Shown here: positions 1 to 10,469 of the stretch, piece after piece | How positions within the stretch are numbered: the stretch's first letter is position 1 | Layout of the letters: every line of letters begins with the position of its first letter | Origin: Prorocentrum cordatum | Taxonomy: Eukaryota | DNA length: 64,000 nt | Direction: 5' to 3' | NCBI GenBank assembly: GCA_963575745.1 | Contig: CAUYUJ010000148.1 | Coordinates: 124,001-188,000, forward strand | The notes under the pieces: model-generated | What the model was told of the DNA's origin: nothing | The model's input: the letters and a program-made list of their open reading frames with translations, nothing else | Database searches by the model: none | Made by a program: the position numbers and the translations under genes

Positions 1-196
1 GGTCACCACAAATCGAGGATTCGGCGGCCAAAATCCACACACTATGGTGGGCCTGTCTTCCACCACCAACACCATAACTTGGAGGGGCGAAGGATGTGGT
101 TGACAACGAGGAGGAAGAGGAGGACGAATAGAACGAGGAGGAAAAAGGAGGAGGGGGAGGGTGGGGAGGAGGAGGAGGACGAGGACGAGGAGAAAA

Positions 197-233
<37 letters not shown>

Positions 234-796
234 CGGAGGGGAGGAGGAGGAGGAGGAGGAGGAGGACCCTCTCCCCCCCTACTCGTATAGTGGTGGTAAT
301 GGGGAAAAGCCAATCACCCCACCGTCGCCGATCAACGATCCAGGCAACTCGATGCGAGGCAAGGGTCGGTTTCGAAATGCGTCACACGCGCGGCGAAATC
401 CGAACCCCACCCACGTCCCCCATCGGTTCTGGCAAATCGATGGTTGGTGCAGGCAGGGCACGGATGTCGCCGCCGAAATCGTCTTTTACCTCAGGACCAA
501 TGTCATTCATTGGCTCCCCGGTTCGGCGGTCCAAAACCAGACCCACGACCCGTCCCAAGGGCGCGCCCCGACCACAACTTTCGAGAGTAATCCGGCCGTG
601 GCGACGAGTGAGGACTCCAGCGAAGCAGCAGACACGATGATAAAAAGCAACGAACATCGAAGTTCAAGCTCGAAGTTCGAGTGGTTTTTTTGTGTCGTCA
701 AGCGCCGCGGCGGATCCATCGCAAACGCACGCTCGACGCGCACCCTGAACTCGTAGAGCAGCGCGAGCACCCAATAGAGCATCACGAGATGCCGGT

Positions 797-1171
797 TCAG
801 CCGGCCACCTCAGCCTGCAGTTCGGCGGCCCAGGCAAAGCGGTCCCCGCCGAGGGCGGTTCGCAGCTGCCGCGCCTTGGCGCGGTGCAGCGCGACGTTGA
901 GCTCAGCGGCCCAGCGCTGCGCCAGGGCGCTGGCCACCGCCGCGGCGCGCTCCTCGTCCACCAGTTCCGCTTGGTCCCGCGCGAGCTGGCGGCGGTAGCG
1001 CAGCGCCGCCCTGCGGGGCCCTGCCGCGCCGCCCGCCTGTTTCAACAGCAAGCGGCGCCAACGGTCAGGGGCAGCGGGCCTCGGGGTACCGCCGCCTCTC
1101 GTCGGCCTCGGCCGCGGCGTTGACCGCGCCCTCGCGCTGGGCCGCGGCGCCCAGCCCGTCGGCGTCTCCGG
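797..1171 (-). pseudogene. 3' end of a decayed RLE-type (CRE/R2-like) non-LTR retrotransposon ORF, downstream half of the split LINE
   Basis: Minus strand reads PGDADGLGAAAQREGAVNAAAEADERRRYPEARCP*PLAPLAVETGGR, then after a frameshift QRWAAELNVALHRAKARQL. This resembles the 'P.avEt.GR ... ls.al.r.nA' tail of restriction-like endonuclease LINEs. Confidence 0.7.
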
Positions 1172-1216
1172 CTTACTCAGCCACAGTGGTATTTTGGAAT
1201 GCTTGGGGCGGGCGGG
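1172..1216 (+). repeat. Left terminal inverted repeat
   Basis: CTTACTCAGCCACAGTGGTATTTTGGAATGCTTGGGGCGGGCGGG, preceded by CCGG. Confidence 0.93.
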
Positions 1217-1617
1217 ACATAAACAGCGGGGTGTTTATTTGGGAACGTGAAAGCGACTTCTCCAGAGGCAGAGGGCTTAATCGAAACATCAATTTAAGCA
1301 ACTCCTCCTCATCATCGTCGTCCTCCTCCTCCTTCTCCTGTTGCTCCTCCTCCTTCTCGTCCTCCTCCTCCTCCTCCTCCTCCTCCTCCTCCTCCTCCTC
1401 CTCTTCCTCCTCCTCCTCCTCCTCCTCCCCCTTTCAGCTGCAATGTTTGCGCTGTAGGTTCTGCCCCACTCACGGTAACAGCGCAAGTTTCTTGGAGGCC
1501 GAGGGAGCAGCAGCAGACAGATTCCCAGGAAGAGTTTCGACGAACGCACGTAGCGCTCAGGGCCACTTAGGGGCTTGAGGCTTGGGCCCCAAGGGGGCCT
1601 CCCCCTCCTCATCCTCC

Positions 1618-1638
1618 TCCGTAGCAGATCTACTCAAG
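1618..1638 (+). other. Degenerate spliced-leader relic upstream of ORF 1696
   Basis: TCCGTAGC-agatcta-CTCAAG: both SL ends are intact and the middle has diverged. Confidence 0.55.
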
Positions 1639-1695
1639 TTGTCAAGCAGTTCCTCTGTTCGGCTTTGAGTGCGCGAGATCGTACGCCTTTCCGCC

Positions 1696-2472
1696 ATGCC
1701 AGTGGTGGACTCCCGCAGCGCGACGCCATCGGCTGAGCAACCGCCGCCCGTCGCCGTCTACCTCAAAAACTTCAACGTATGGTACACCATGGACTTGGAA
1801 GTGCAGGAGAACTCGACGCTCGATAACCCGCTTCGTTTCCCTGTGATCCAGGCCAAGGAGCAGCTGTGCTTGCGCTTCAGCTGCTTTACTACCCCCGAGA
1901 AGGTGAATTTCGCCCGGTGCTCCGGACAGCGCGGCGCTGACCCGATTGGTGGCGCGCCGCTCGACAAGGATGGCTACGTGCTCTACACTTCTTGGTTCAT
2001 GGCGTGGGAGGACAACGGCAGCACCCCCGACTCGTCGTCGCATGACCACCTCGGCTCTAGCGGAGGCTCTGTGAACTACCGTCGCGGCCACGCTGGCACC
2101 GGCACTGTCAGCTCCATCGACGACGACGACGCGTCCCAGAGCGACCTCGAAGCCTACGTCCGCAGCCCCACTCAGACTCAGGCTCAGCGCTATGTCCAGC
2201 CTCCAGGGGACCGCCGTGCGTTCATTCAGGTCATGGTCTACGTGGAGGCGTGCGACGAGTGGGCCACGTTCGTCTTGCCCAATGCAACCCCGCCGACCAT
2301 CAAGGAACTCAAGATTGTGGTGGTGGGCAACATTCCAGACCCCGACCTCACGACGGACCATCTCGTCATCTGTACCATCGTCGATGGCCGCAAGTCCGAC
2401 GAGGTGCACGATCACACCCTGGTCTTGGACAACAAGCCGTGGCACATGGTGAGCTTGGAGGACGTCCAGTAA
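1696..2472 (+). CDS. Element cargo ORF, 258 aa, unknown function; possibly two ubiquitin-like (beta-grasp) domains separated by a Ser/Asp linker
   Basis: Uninterrupted, compositionally complex ORF with GC-rich third positions and GCCATG start. An SL-like relic lies at 1618-1638. The two halves resemble each other (VAVYLKNFNVWYTMDL...VIQAKEQL / IQVMVYVEACDEWATFVL...TIKELK). The fold is inference. Confidence 0.65.
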   Translation: MPVVDSRSATPSAEQPPPVAVYLKNFNVWYTMDLEVQENSTLDNPLRFPVIQAKEQLCLRFSCFTTPEKVNFARCSGQRGADPIGGAPLDKDGYVLYTSWFMAWEDNGSTPDSSSHDHLGSSGGSVNYRRGHAGTGTVSSIDDDDASQSDLEAYVRSPTQTQAQRYVQPPGDRRAFIQVMVYVEACDEWATFVLPNATPPTIKELKIVVVGNIPDPDLTTDHLVICTIVDGRKSDEVHDHTLVLDNKPWHMVSLEDVQ

Positions 2473-2964
2473 CGTAATAAGTGCTAGCCAGCGCGGCGGG
2501 CGATGCTGCCCAGCCGGCGCATGCAGCGAAGGGCGGGCGCGGCATTTTGCGTCTGAGCCCTTGCTTGCGAGCAAATCATTTTCCTCCGCCCTCTTTTTTC
2601 TCCTTCCCCCTCCTATCCATTCCAGGTATCCCCCATCCTCCTCCTCCTCCTCCCTCTCCCCGTCCCCCTCCTCGTCCTCCTCCTTATCTTCCTCCTCCTC
2701 CTATTCCTTTTCACTCTCTCTTCTTGCGTATGTACGCTACCCCTCTCACCTCCCATCGCCCCCTCCTTGGCAATCCGTGCTCGCCCTCCTCCCGTTCCCT
2801 TCTCTTCGGAGTCCAGGGCCCTGGGGGACGTCTTGGATCCAGGGTCCTCGGGAGGGCCCTGGAATCTTCTGAGGTCCCCAGGGGATTTCTTCTCGGCGCC
2901 CTCGGGGGCACGCTGAAATGGGAGGGAGACGACGGCGAACAGGGGGAGGAGGACGGGTGGGTGG

Positions 2965-3135
2965 AGGAGGAGGAGGAAGAGGAGGAGGAGGAGGAGGAGG
3001 AGGAGGAGGAGGAGGAGGAGGAGGAGGAGGAGGAGGAGGGGAGGAGGAGGAGGAGGAGGAGGAGGAGGAGGAGGAGAGGAGGAGGAGGAGGAGGAGGAGG
3101 AGGAGGAGGAGGAGGAGGTAGAGAGGAGGAGTAGG
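2965..3135. repeat. (GAG/CTC)n microsatellite, representative of many such tracts (e.g. ~140-265, 1305-1430, 9000-9160, 17945-18290, 36400-36470, 43260-43400)
   Basis: Direct reading. These tracts explain most poly-E/R/G/S/P/L ORFs in the six-frame track. Confidence 0.95.
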
Positions 3136-3809
3136 AGAGGCGTAGGAGGGGGAGGGTGGGGGAGGAGGGGGGGCAGGAGGTAGAGGAGGAGGGGGAGGAG
3201 CAGCAGCAGCAGCAGCAGCAGCAGAAGTTTTCGCGCGCCCTCGGCCTCTGGAGGCCGTTTTTGAGGTCGCAGGGGGTCGGACCGCCGCCGCGACCGTCGC
3301 CGCCGTCGTCGTCGCCGCCGCCTGTCGCCGCCGTCCTCGTCGACGCCGCCGTCCCTGGCCCCCGGCGGCGGGGTGCGGCGGCGCCGCCTTGGCCACGAAG
3401 CGCGGCCGCCGCCACGGGGGGGCGGCGCGCGCGGGGGGGCCCTCCTCCTCCTCCTCCTCCTCCTCCTCCTCCTACTCCTCCTCCCTCCTCCGCCCCTCCT
3501 CCTCTCTCCTCCTCCTCCTCCTCCCCCCTCCTCCTCCCCTCCCCCCCCCCCTCCTCCCTCCTCCTTCATCCTCGTCCCCTTTCTGATCCTCTCCTTCTCA
3601 TCCTTCGCCCCCCCCCTCTTCAAGCCCTCTCGACGGCGCTGGAGCGATGAGGGGGGGGGGGGGGGGGGGGGCGGAGGAGGCGATGAAGATGCGCGTGTGT
3701 TTTTCCATGGTGAGCTCATGGCCCAAGAAGTCCTACAAATGTCTGCGTGTTAACCACGAGTGACAATCCCGATTCACAGGCAACACAACTGACAAGGTCA
3801 GGCCTAACT

Positions 3810-4232
3810 TTAGTAGGGCATCCAACCACGCGTCATTCTCCTAAAAGCCACTATGCCCCATCTTGTGCGGCTAGCCTCACCCTGGCATTCGCTGAACATT
3901 GCCCTCGGACAGGTAGTCTTGACGTACTTACAGCACCTGATGCAGACGAGGATGTTTTTCATCTCGTTTCTGTTGTTGTCGCGGACTGCGGCAGCCCGGA
4001 GCTCGTGCGTCGGGTGAGCATTGGACACGATCCCGCGACGATAGATGTCTTCGTCGTCGTACTTCAGGCAAGATTGCCACGACTGTGGCAAGACGAGGCC
4101 GTTGCCCAAGTTGTTGCCGCGAAATCCCTCGGCGTCCTTAGGCGACCCCGGGCGATTTGGGTCTGACACGAGACTGTGTGGCGAGCTCGGGCGGCCCGAA
4201 GGATTGAACGGCAAATGATACAGCATTGACAT
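3810..4232 (-). CDS. Small cargo ORF (140 aa) with HxxH...CxxC...C putative zinc-binding motif
   Basis: HPTHEL...LVCIRCCKY...FSECQG...GWMP. A weak SL-like relic lies at 4279-4300. Confidence 0.4.
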   Translation of the reverse strand: MSMLYHLPFNPSGRPSSPHSLVSDPNRPGSPKDAEGFRGNNLGNGLVLPQSWQSCLKYDDEDIYRRGIVSNAHPTHELRAAAVRDNNRNEMKNILVCIRCCKYVKTTCPRAMFSECQGEASRTRWGIVAFRRMTRGWMPY

Positions 4233-4803
4233 TGCTGTGCTGGCCCTGGTTGTGAGGTTGGAGAAGAGCGAAACACAAAGAAAGCTAAAACAGCTATGAT
4301 GGGACGCGATGCCGATGAGATGGCAACGACGATGCTGCGGTGAGGAGGGAGGTGACGCGGCGACCTCGGGCCGATCGGCTTCATTGATGGGGCCGCCGGG
4401 GGGCCCGACCCCCTGGCGGCCTCAAAACGGCCTCCCGAGGCCGAGTGCGCAAGCAAAAGCTCTGGAGGTTTCAACGAGGTCCTTTCCTCCTCCTCCTCCT
4501 CCTCCTTCTCCCCCCATCTGCTCCTCTTCTGCTCATCCTCCGCCTCCTCCTCTCCAGCCCGTCGTCCTCCAGCCCTCTGGCCAGCGGCTGCCCTCCTCGT
4601 AGGCGCCTTCAATCCACGCCCCCCCCCCCCCCCCCTCTCTTCATCTGTCTCAGACGCCCGAGGGGGGGAAGAGGGGCACTGGAAGGCCCCGCCCCCCAGC
4701 GGAGGAGGCGGAGGTGGAGGGGGCGGAGGGGGGGGGGAGATAGTAGGAGGAGGAGGAGGGAGAGAGGACGAAAAGGAGGAGGAGGAGGAGGGGGCCAGGA
4801 ATG

Positions 4804-7800
4804 ATTTTTTAGTTCGCCGCGCACCCCCCAACGTCTACACGCTGAACGAACTTGAGGAAATCCCACCAGTCCAGCACGTGCCTTGCGACTGCAGGCGTTA
4901 AGGCTGGCTTTACAACCTCAGCCTCACGCTTCGTCGCTAGCCCCGATACACGCGCCTTTTTTTTGCCTCAGCTTTCGCCCTCTCGAAAGCGTCAGGGGGC
5001 CCTAATAAGGTCCACTGGCTTTGGGATTCGCCTGCGATGTTGCGCACCAGATCTGATAGGCGAGGGTTCGCAGCTCTGAAACGGTCGGACACCCGCACTT
5101 GTCGCAGCATACTGACTGCTGAGATGCACGAAATCACAGGCCCTGAACGCACGCCAAGGACAACCTCAGGCGTGCAGACAATACCACCTCGCAACACAGC
5201 GGCGGCCAGAATGTGATTGCCTGGGTCGGCTGGGTCGCTCACAACGAAAATGTCGGGAATGGTGTGCACACCGAACACGTTAGAACTCTCGACGCCACCA
5301 CTGCGAAGCTTTCTTCTGACAGGGCTGATCTGCGAGGGAGTCATCTCAGCCTCAGCGAAATAACAAAGCCCCCCCTTCAGCTGCGATATCGGCGGCAGGC
5401 GGCCACCTTCGACCTTCTTGTCTAAAGCCGCTTCCCTGTTGACCCGCTTGACTGCGAGGCCCCTCAAGTGCGCGCCGTAGTCGGTGGCCTTTGCCCGGAG
5501 GGATGGATCGGCATCAGCTTCCTCGTCGGTCAAGTGGTTGCTCAGGTGCGCCTCGAACCTGAACTTGGTAGCCTTCTGCGCCTGGAACGCGGCTTCCTTC
5601 TGGTGGCCATCGGTCCAGCTGGGGTCACCAGCAGTAGCTCCAGCACTCTCAATCCACGATGTCGAAGAGCGAGGCATCGCCAAAGCGTCCACGACGACCT
5701 TTTCCACGGCCGCCTTCCGTTTGCGAAGCCACGCCGTCGGTGTATTCGTTGACCCAGAGTTGGATGACCTACATGCCTTCCACTTGTCTACTGCTCCATC
5801 CCTGCTAACGCCGTAACACGAATTCCACACTTCTTGGGCTCGCTGGGCAATGCACAGGACTGAAGGTGTATCCTTAGGCCGATCGACAACCAATTTGATC
5901 TCATCGCATTCTGTCGATTCTGTCCCGTGCAATCTCCTGTCTCCGAAAACCCACATGCACTTTATGAAATCTTGTTCAATTCTTGAGGCGCAAGCTTTGA
6001 ATGTACTGAAGCGGTACAACAGCTTCTTCAGCTCATCATTCGAGGTTCGACAATCGGCGCTCTTGTTCATGGCATCTGACTTCGAAACGGCAAACTTCCA
6101 GCCATCGAGATTGGAGCAGTCCTCAGAATTCACGCGGGACTGGGCTGTTCGCCAATGAGAACCGAGCTGGGCCTTAAGCGCGGCCCCATCAAGTTTCAAT
6201 GCGCGTGCCAACTTTTTGATGTGGTGATCCCGACTGGCAATCGAATTTACACTCTCCCTAGCCCGCTGCTTCTTGAAGGAATTGCCCAAGCTCAATACAC
6301 AGAAACTTTGCAGCAACTCGAACGCAGGGTACTCAGCTTTGACAACCTGAATACAAAGTTTAACCCGCCGCCCCAGATGGCGCAAATTGTTCGTCACTAC
6401 ATCCATTGGAACACCCCCCCCCCGATTGCCCACTGCGTTGAACTTCCCGTTGCGCATCGGCAGTGTAACTGGATTGTTTTCAAGGTGTCCAACATGAACG
6501 AAGTGTAGCTGGTAATCGTCGTGATCGTGCCCTCTTGGTACAATTCGATAACCCGAATGAGAAAGTAGTACACGTCCGAGTTGATCTCGGCGGCGTCGGC
6601 GGAGTCAAAGTCGCCAGCTCATCGAGCAAATTCCAAGCCGTCGTCGGCGGCGTCAGCCATCATGCTCAAGAGCACCGCCTTGGACGTCGCGATAGTTTCG
6701 ATGAATGCCACGGCGTGGTGGGCGTCTGAGGACGTCCTCATGATACGCGCGTCGCGCGCCGTCAGGCAGAGCGGGGCGAACCAGAGCACCCACCTCACGA
6801 CGCGATCAAACCAGCCGTTGCCACCAAACTGTTTCTAACACACAACAAAAACCTTAGAGCCCGGGAAGGAGGCGGAGGAGGAGGAGGCGAAGGCGAAGGA
6901 GGAGGAGGGGGAGGAGTACTAGGACCCCATGCCCGCCACGGGCGGCCCGCCCCCTCCTTCGCCCCCTCCTCCCCCTTCCGCCGCCCCCTCTCCTCGTCCT
7001 CGAGTCTTCTTCTCCTCATCCCCGTCCTCCTCCTCTCCTCCTCCTCCTCCTCCTGCTCCTCCTCCTTCTCCCAACTCAACGTTATTGTGTTTCCCCTCCC
7101 CCCATGGGAGTTGCGTGGCATGGCTGGTTCTCCCGCGACTGGCGTGGCCCCCCACGGGCGCCGCATAGCTCTCGAAACGGTGTTTCGCTGAATGGAGACT
7201 CATCAGTGAAGAGTTGTTCCGCTTGAGCCCCTGGTCAAACTGGTCGCGCCGGTGGGTGACCAGATTTCGCAACACCAGCGAATGGTCGATCTTTTGAACG
7301 AATCTGTCCTTGCGAGTAAGGAAGAACTGGATCATGGCATTTATCTGGTCGTCAGCTTTCCAGGGTCTGCTCAACATCCTGGGGCGGGGGCGACGACGAC
7401 GACGGCGGCGGCGGCGGCGACGACGACGACGTCGACAACGACGACAACGACGACGATGACGACGAAGACGACGAAGACGACGATGACGTCGACGACGGCA
7501 ACGACGATACGACGAATACCATGCTGGCGACAACGAAGGTGTGAGGCGCCCCGTCGCCGTTGCTGATACCGCTCCCCCATCTCTCCCTGGGGTTTAGCGC
7601 TTTTGGGGGGTATTTCGGGGGACCTTCATTCAGCGCTGTCATTCATCGCCGTCGTCGTCGTCGTCGTCATATCATGATTTCATTTTACCCTCGTTAGTCC
7701 TTCTTGCTGCATGAGCTTTGTCCCTGACCAAAGCCTCCACGTTCGGCGCGATCGGGACGTTCCCGTTCGGCGGGTCAATCATGTCCCTAACTGATGCCAC

Positions 7801-8775
7801 CTCGTCAGACGCAGAGTCCGCGCAGACCATCCTGATCTGCTTCTTTATGTTCTCCAAGATGAAGGGCTCTAGCTTGCTCTTGGGCTCCGAACCTGGTTCT
7901 CGACGTGGAGGGCCGTGACTATTCACCGTGGCAATTCGTTCGATGATGTCTGAGGTTGCTGCTGCAATGGCAGGTGCTCCAGACCCGAGGTGTTTACGCA
8001 TGCCAAGGTGACCATGAAGCGCGTTCAACTCGGGGTCGCAGGCGCAGAACCGAACGGACAGGCGAGCGTGACGCTCGTCCCGAAATATGGCGATGCAAGT
8101 GGCTCGAGACAAAAACTCTCGGTCGCGTCGCCTCAATGCCTCGGCAATACACCAAACCATCTTTTGAAACTTGTGTTGGTGGCCAACATGCTCGATTCCA
8201 GCCCTCAGAGCAGTTCCTTTGCAGATCGTGTCCCACACCTTCACCAACATGTCTGCTGGGGGCGCTCCAATAACGACATTGCCAGTGGGGCCCGTGATAC
8301 CGCCGTGCTCTTCCAAGTATTTTCTGGTAGCGGCCTGGCGTTGCTTAGTACGGTGATGTTTCCTGAGGTTCACCAACTGCAGAGCATCGCTGGTTGTCAC
8401 GGCACAGGCGCCGCACGGACCTGGCGCCTGCGCTGCTTTGCAGCACACGCACCCCAACCCCCATTCACCAGAGGAACTGACGTGCCCAATCATCCATGTA
8501 GCAGGGACGATGCCGAGCATATTACAACCCAAATCACTATGGATCGCCAGCTCTCTGGTCCATTGGCGCTCGTGGCTGATGTACTTGCATCTGGCGCAAC
8601 CAGGGTTTTTGCAATATCTGTGATGAATGATATCATCTGCCAGCCCATGCCGCTGGTTGCCCTTGTCAAGTCGTTCCACCATGTGGGCCAATATTCGCGC
8701 CCGCCTGGCCCCAGTGACGCACAACCGGCGAGACCGCTTAAGATTCTTAGGGATCACATGTCGGTGCAACTCCAT
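4804..8775 (-). pseudogene. Intron-containing hAT-like DDE transposase with N-terminal Zn-finger-like and C-terminal BRCT-like regions; disrupted
   Basis: Exon 1 (8775-7700) has CKNPGCARC, GCVCCK..LRKHH, FRDERH, CADSASDE and RDKAH. Intron 7699-7379 is GA..AG. Exon 2 (7378-~7150) has MLSRPW and KHRFES, equivalent to the hAT RW-x-S motif. Exon 3 starts at 6793 and has ASRIEQDF, equivalent to ERxFS. Lesions: TGA at 6621-6619, frameshifts in the G10 run (6414-6423) and A run (~4960), and a damaged exon-2 donor. The 3' end is approximate. Confidence 0.75.
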
Positions 8776-8808
8776 GCGTGGGGCAGAGCGACAAACAAGA
8801 ATTGAATT

Positions 8809-8830
8809 ACTGAGCCAAAGCTGCTGCGGA
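8809..8830 (-). other. Degenerate spliced-leader relic upstream of the transposase
   Basis: TCCGCAGCAGCTTTGGCTCAGT, 16/22, ending 34 nt before the ATG at 8775. Confidence 0.65.
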
Positions 8831-9223
8831 CATCACCATCATCATCACATTCATCGTCGCCATCATCATCGTCCATCCATCACCCTACGAAGACCCCCCC
8901 TCCTTGCGCGAAGCTCCAGTGAGCGAAAAAACAGGGGATTCCACCCTGCCCGCCCCCGCTCCTCCAGCCTCCTCCTCCTTCTCTTCCTCCTCATCGAACC
9001 TCCTCCTCCTCTTCCCTCCCTCCTCCTCCTCCTCCTCCTCCTCCTCCTCATCTCCTCCTCCCTCCCCTCCTCCTCCTCTCTCCTCCTCCTCCTCCTCCTC
9101 CTCCTCCTCCTCCTCCTCCTCCTCCTCCTCCTCCTCCTCCTCCTCCTCATCCTCCTCCTCCTTCTCCTGCGTCCCCAGGCGCGAACTGCGGCTCCAGTGG
9201 AGCGAGACCCAGCCCTATGCAGT

Positions 9224-9612
9224 GAGCTACCACACCTCTCAACACGACCGCGCGCGCTACCACGCCTCTCAACACGACCGGTCGTTCAGGAATTCTCGGG
9301 CGTCCCTCTGAACAGGACCGGACGTTCAGGAATTCAAGGTCGTCCTGGCCTCTGAACACGACCGGACGTTCAGGAATTCCTGAACGTCCGGTCGCGTTGA
9401 GAGGTATATCCTCCTCCTCTTCCTCCCTTTTCCTCCCTCCTCCTCCCTCCTCCCTCCTCCCTCCTCTCTGTCGCCCTCCCTCCTCAGCTCAAATTCCTGA
9501 ACGTCCGGTCGTGTTCAGAGCCCTGGAAGCCAGGAGCCAATGAATTCCTGAACGTCCGGTCGTGTTCAGACGCCTGGCGACCGTGAGTTCCTGAACGTCC
9601 GGTCGCGTTGAA
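9224..9612. repeat. Mirror-symmetric array of a ~30-bp unit (CTCTSAACACGACCGGACGTTCAGGAATTC): 4 forward and 4 reverse copies centred on GAATTC
   Basis: Forward copies at ~9236 (partial), 9266, 9306 and 9350. Reverse copies at 9374, ~9491, 9542 and 9585. A 56-bp near-perfect palindrome spans 9349-9404. Confidence 0.9.
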
Positions 9613-9719
9613 GGGCGGGATGCTTAAATGTGAGCTTTCTCCGGAGACGAGCGTTTAAGTTGCTAGACTTCTCAGTAACCTCGCGGCCCCTTCGAGGCCA
9701 TCCTCCAAGTCCCATAGGC

Positions 9720-9935
9720 GGGCCTGTTGAGCCAGAGTGGTAGCGCTACCACCCTGGCTCAACGCGACGGGAGCTCCCGTCGTGTTCACTACCACGCCTG
9801 GTGGACCCAGGCCACTCTCGAACCCTGACCTCAGTCGCGCTGGCCAGCGTGCGAGGCGCGTGGTAGTGAACACGACGGGAGCTCCCGTCGTGTTGAGCCG
9901 CGGTGGTAGCGCTACCACTCCGCCTCAACAGGCCC
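9720..9935. repeat. 78-bp inverted repeat with 60-bp spacer; arms built from nested palindromes
   Basis: Arms at 9720-9797 and 9858-9935 each contain the palindromes GTGGTAGCGCTACCAC and CGACGGGAGCTCCCGTCG. They share AACACGAC and GCTACCAC motifs with the 9224-9612 array. Confidence 0.9.
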
Positions 9936-10469
9936 ATTGGCTGATCTTGAGATGGCCAACAGCCAACGGCCTGACGTCAGCCATGTCTTTATCTTGAGGC
10001 TCTCTTCAGAAGGCGATCCTTATCTGCGGCGGCTGTCCAGGGTCTGAGGAAGGAGGAAGGAGAGGAGGGAGGAAGGAGAGGAGGAAGGAGGAAGGAGAGG
10101 AGGAAGGAATGAATATGTCTGCTTGTTGCTGCGACGGTGGGCCGAGCTTGATTGGCTTCAGCTCTGGCCCTCAGCTCTGTTGTCGAACAGACACCTGGCA
10201 ACTAACTGCTGCACTGCCCTACCACTATGGGCCAGCCCGCATGCGTCCACGCGTGAGTAGGCACACTCGAGTCAAGCAACGCGTTGGCAGTCTGCTTCTT
10301 CAAACGCTGCGGATCCCCCGCAACATCTCATGACGCATTCGACGACAAGCGTCGCACTACAACCAACTCCTAGGTGCATAGAGTGTGTTCTGCAATGCCA
10401 GAAAGCTACCAGATGCCTGAAAAAAACGAGCTCAAGAGCGTGGTCGACCTGACGATGAGGCAATTCCGT

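Noticed and set aside
1642..2574. 310-aa minus-strand ORF
   Set aside because: Antisense shadow of ORF 1696-2472, which has the SL relic and the codon bias.
2481..3753. Multiple 200-370 aa ORFs
   Set aside because: They are built from GAG/CTC microsatellites and GC-rich filler and are open in many frames.
9224..9612. CRISPR-like repeat-spacer array
   Set aside because: Copies switch orientation midway and the spacers are irregular (0-90 bp).
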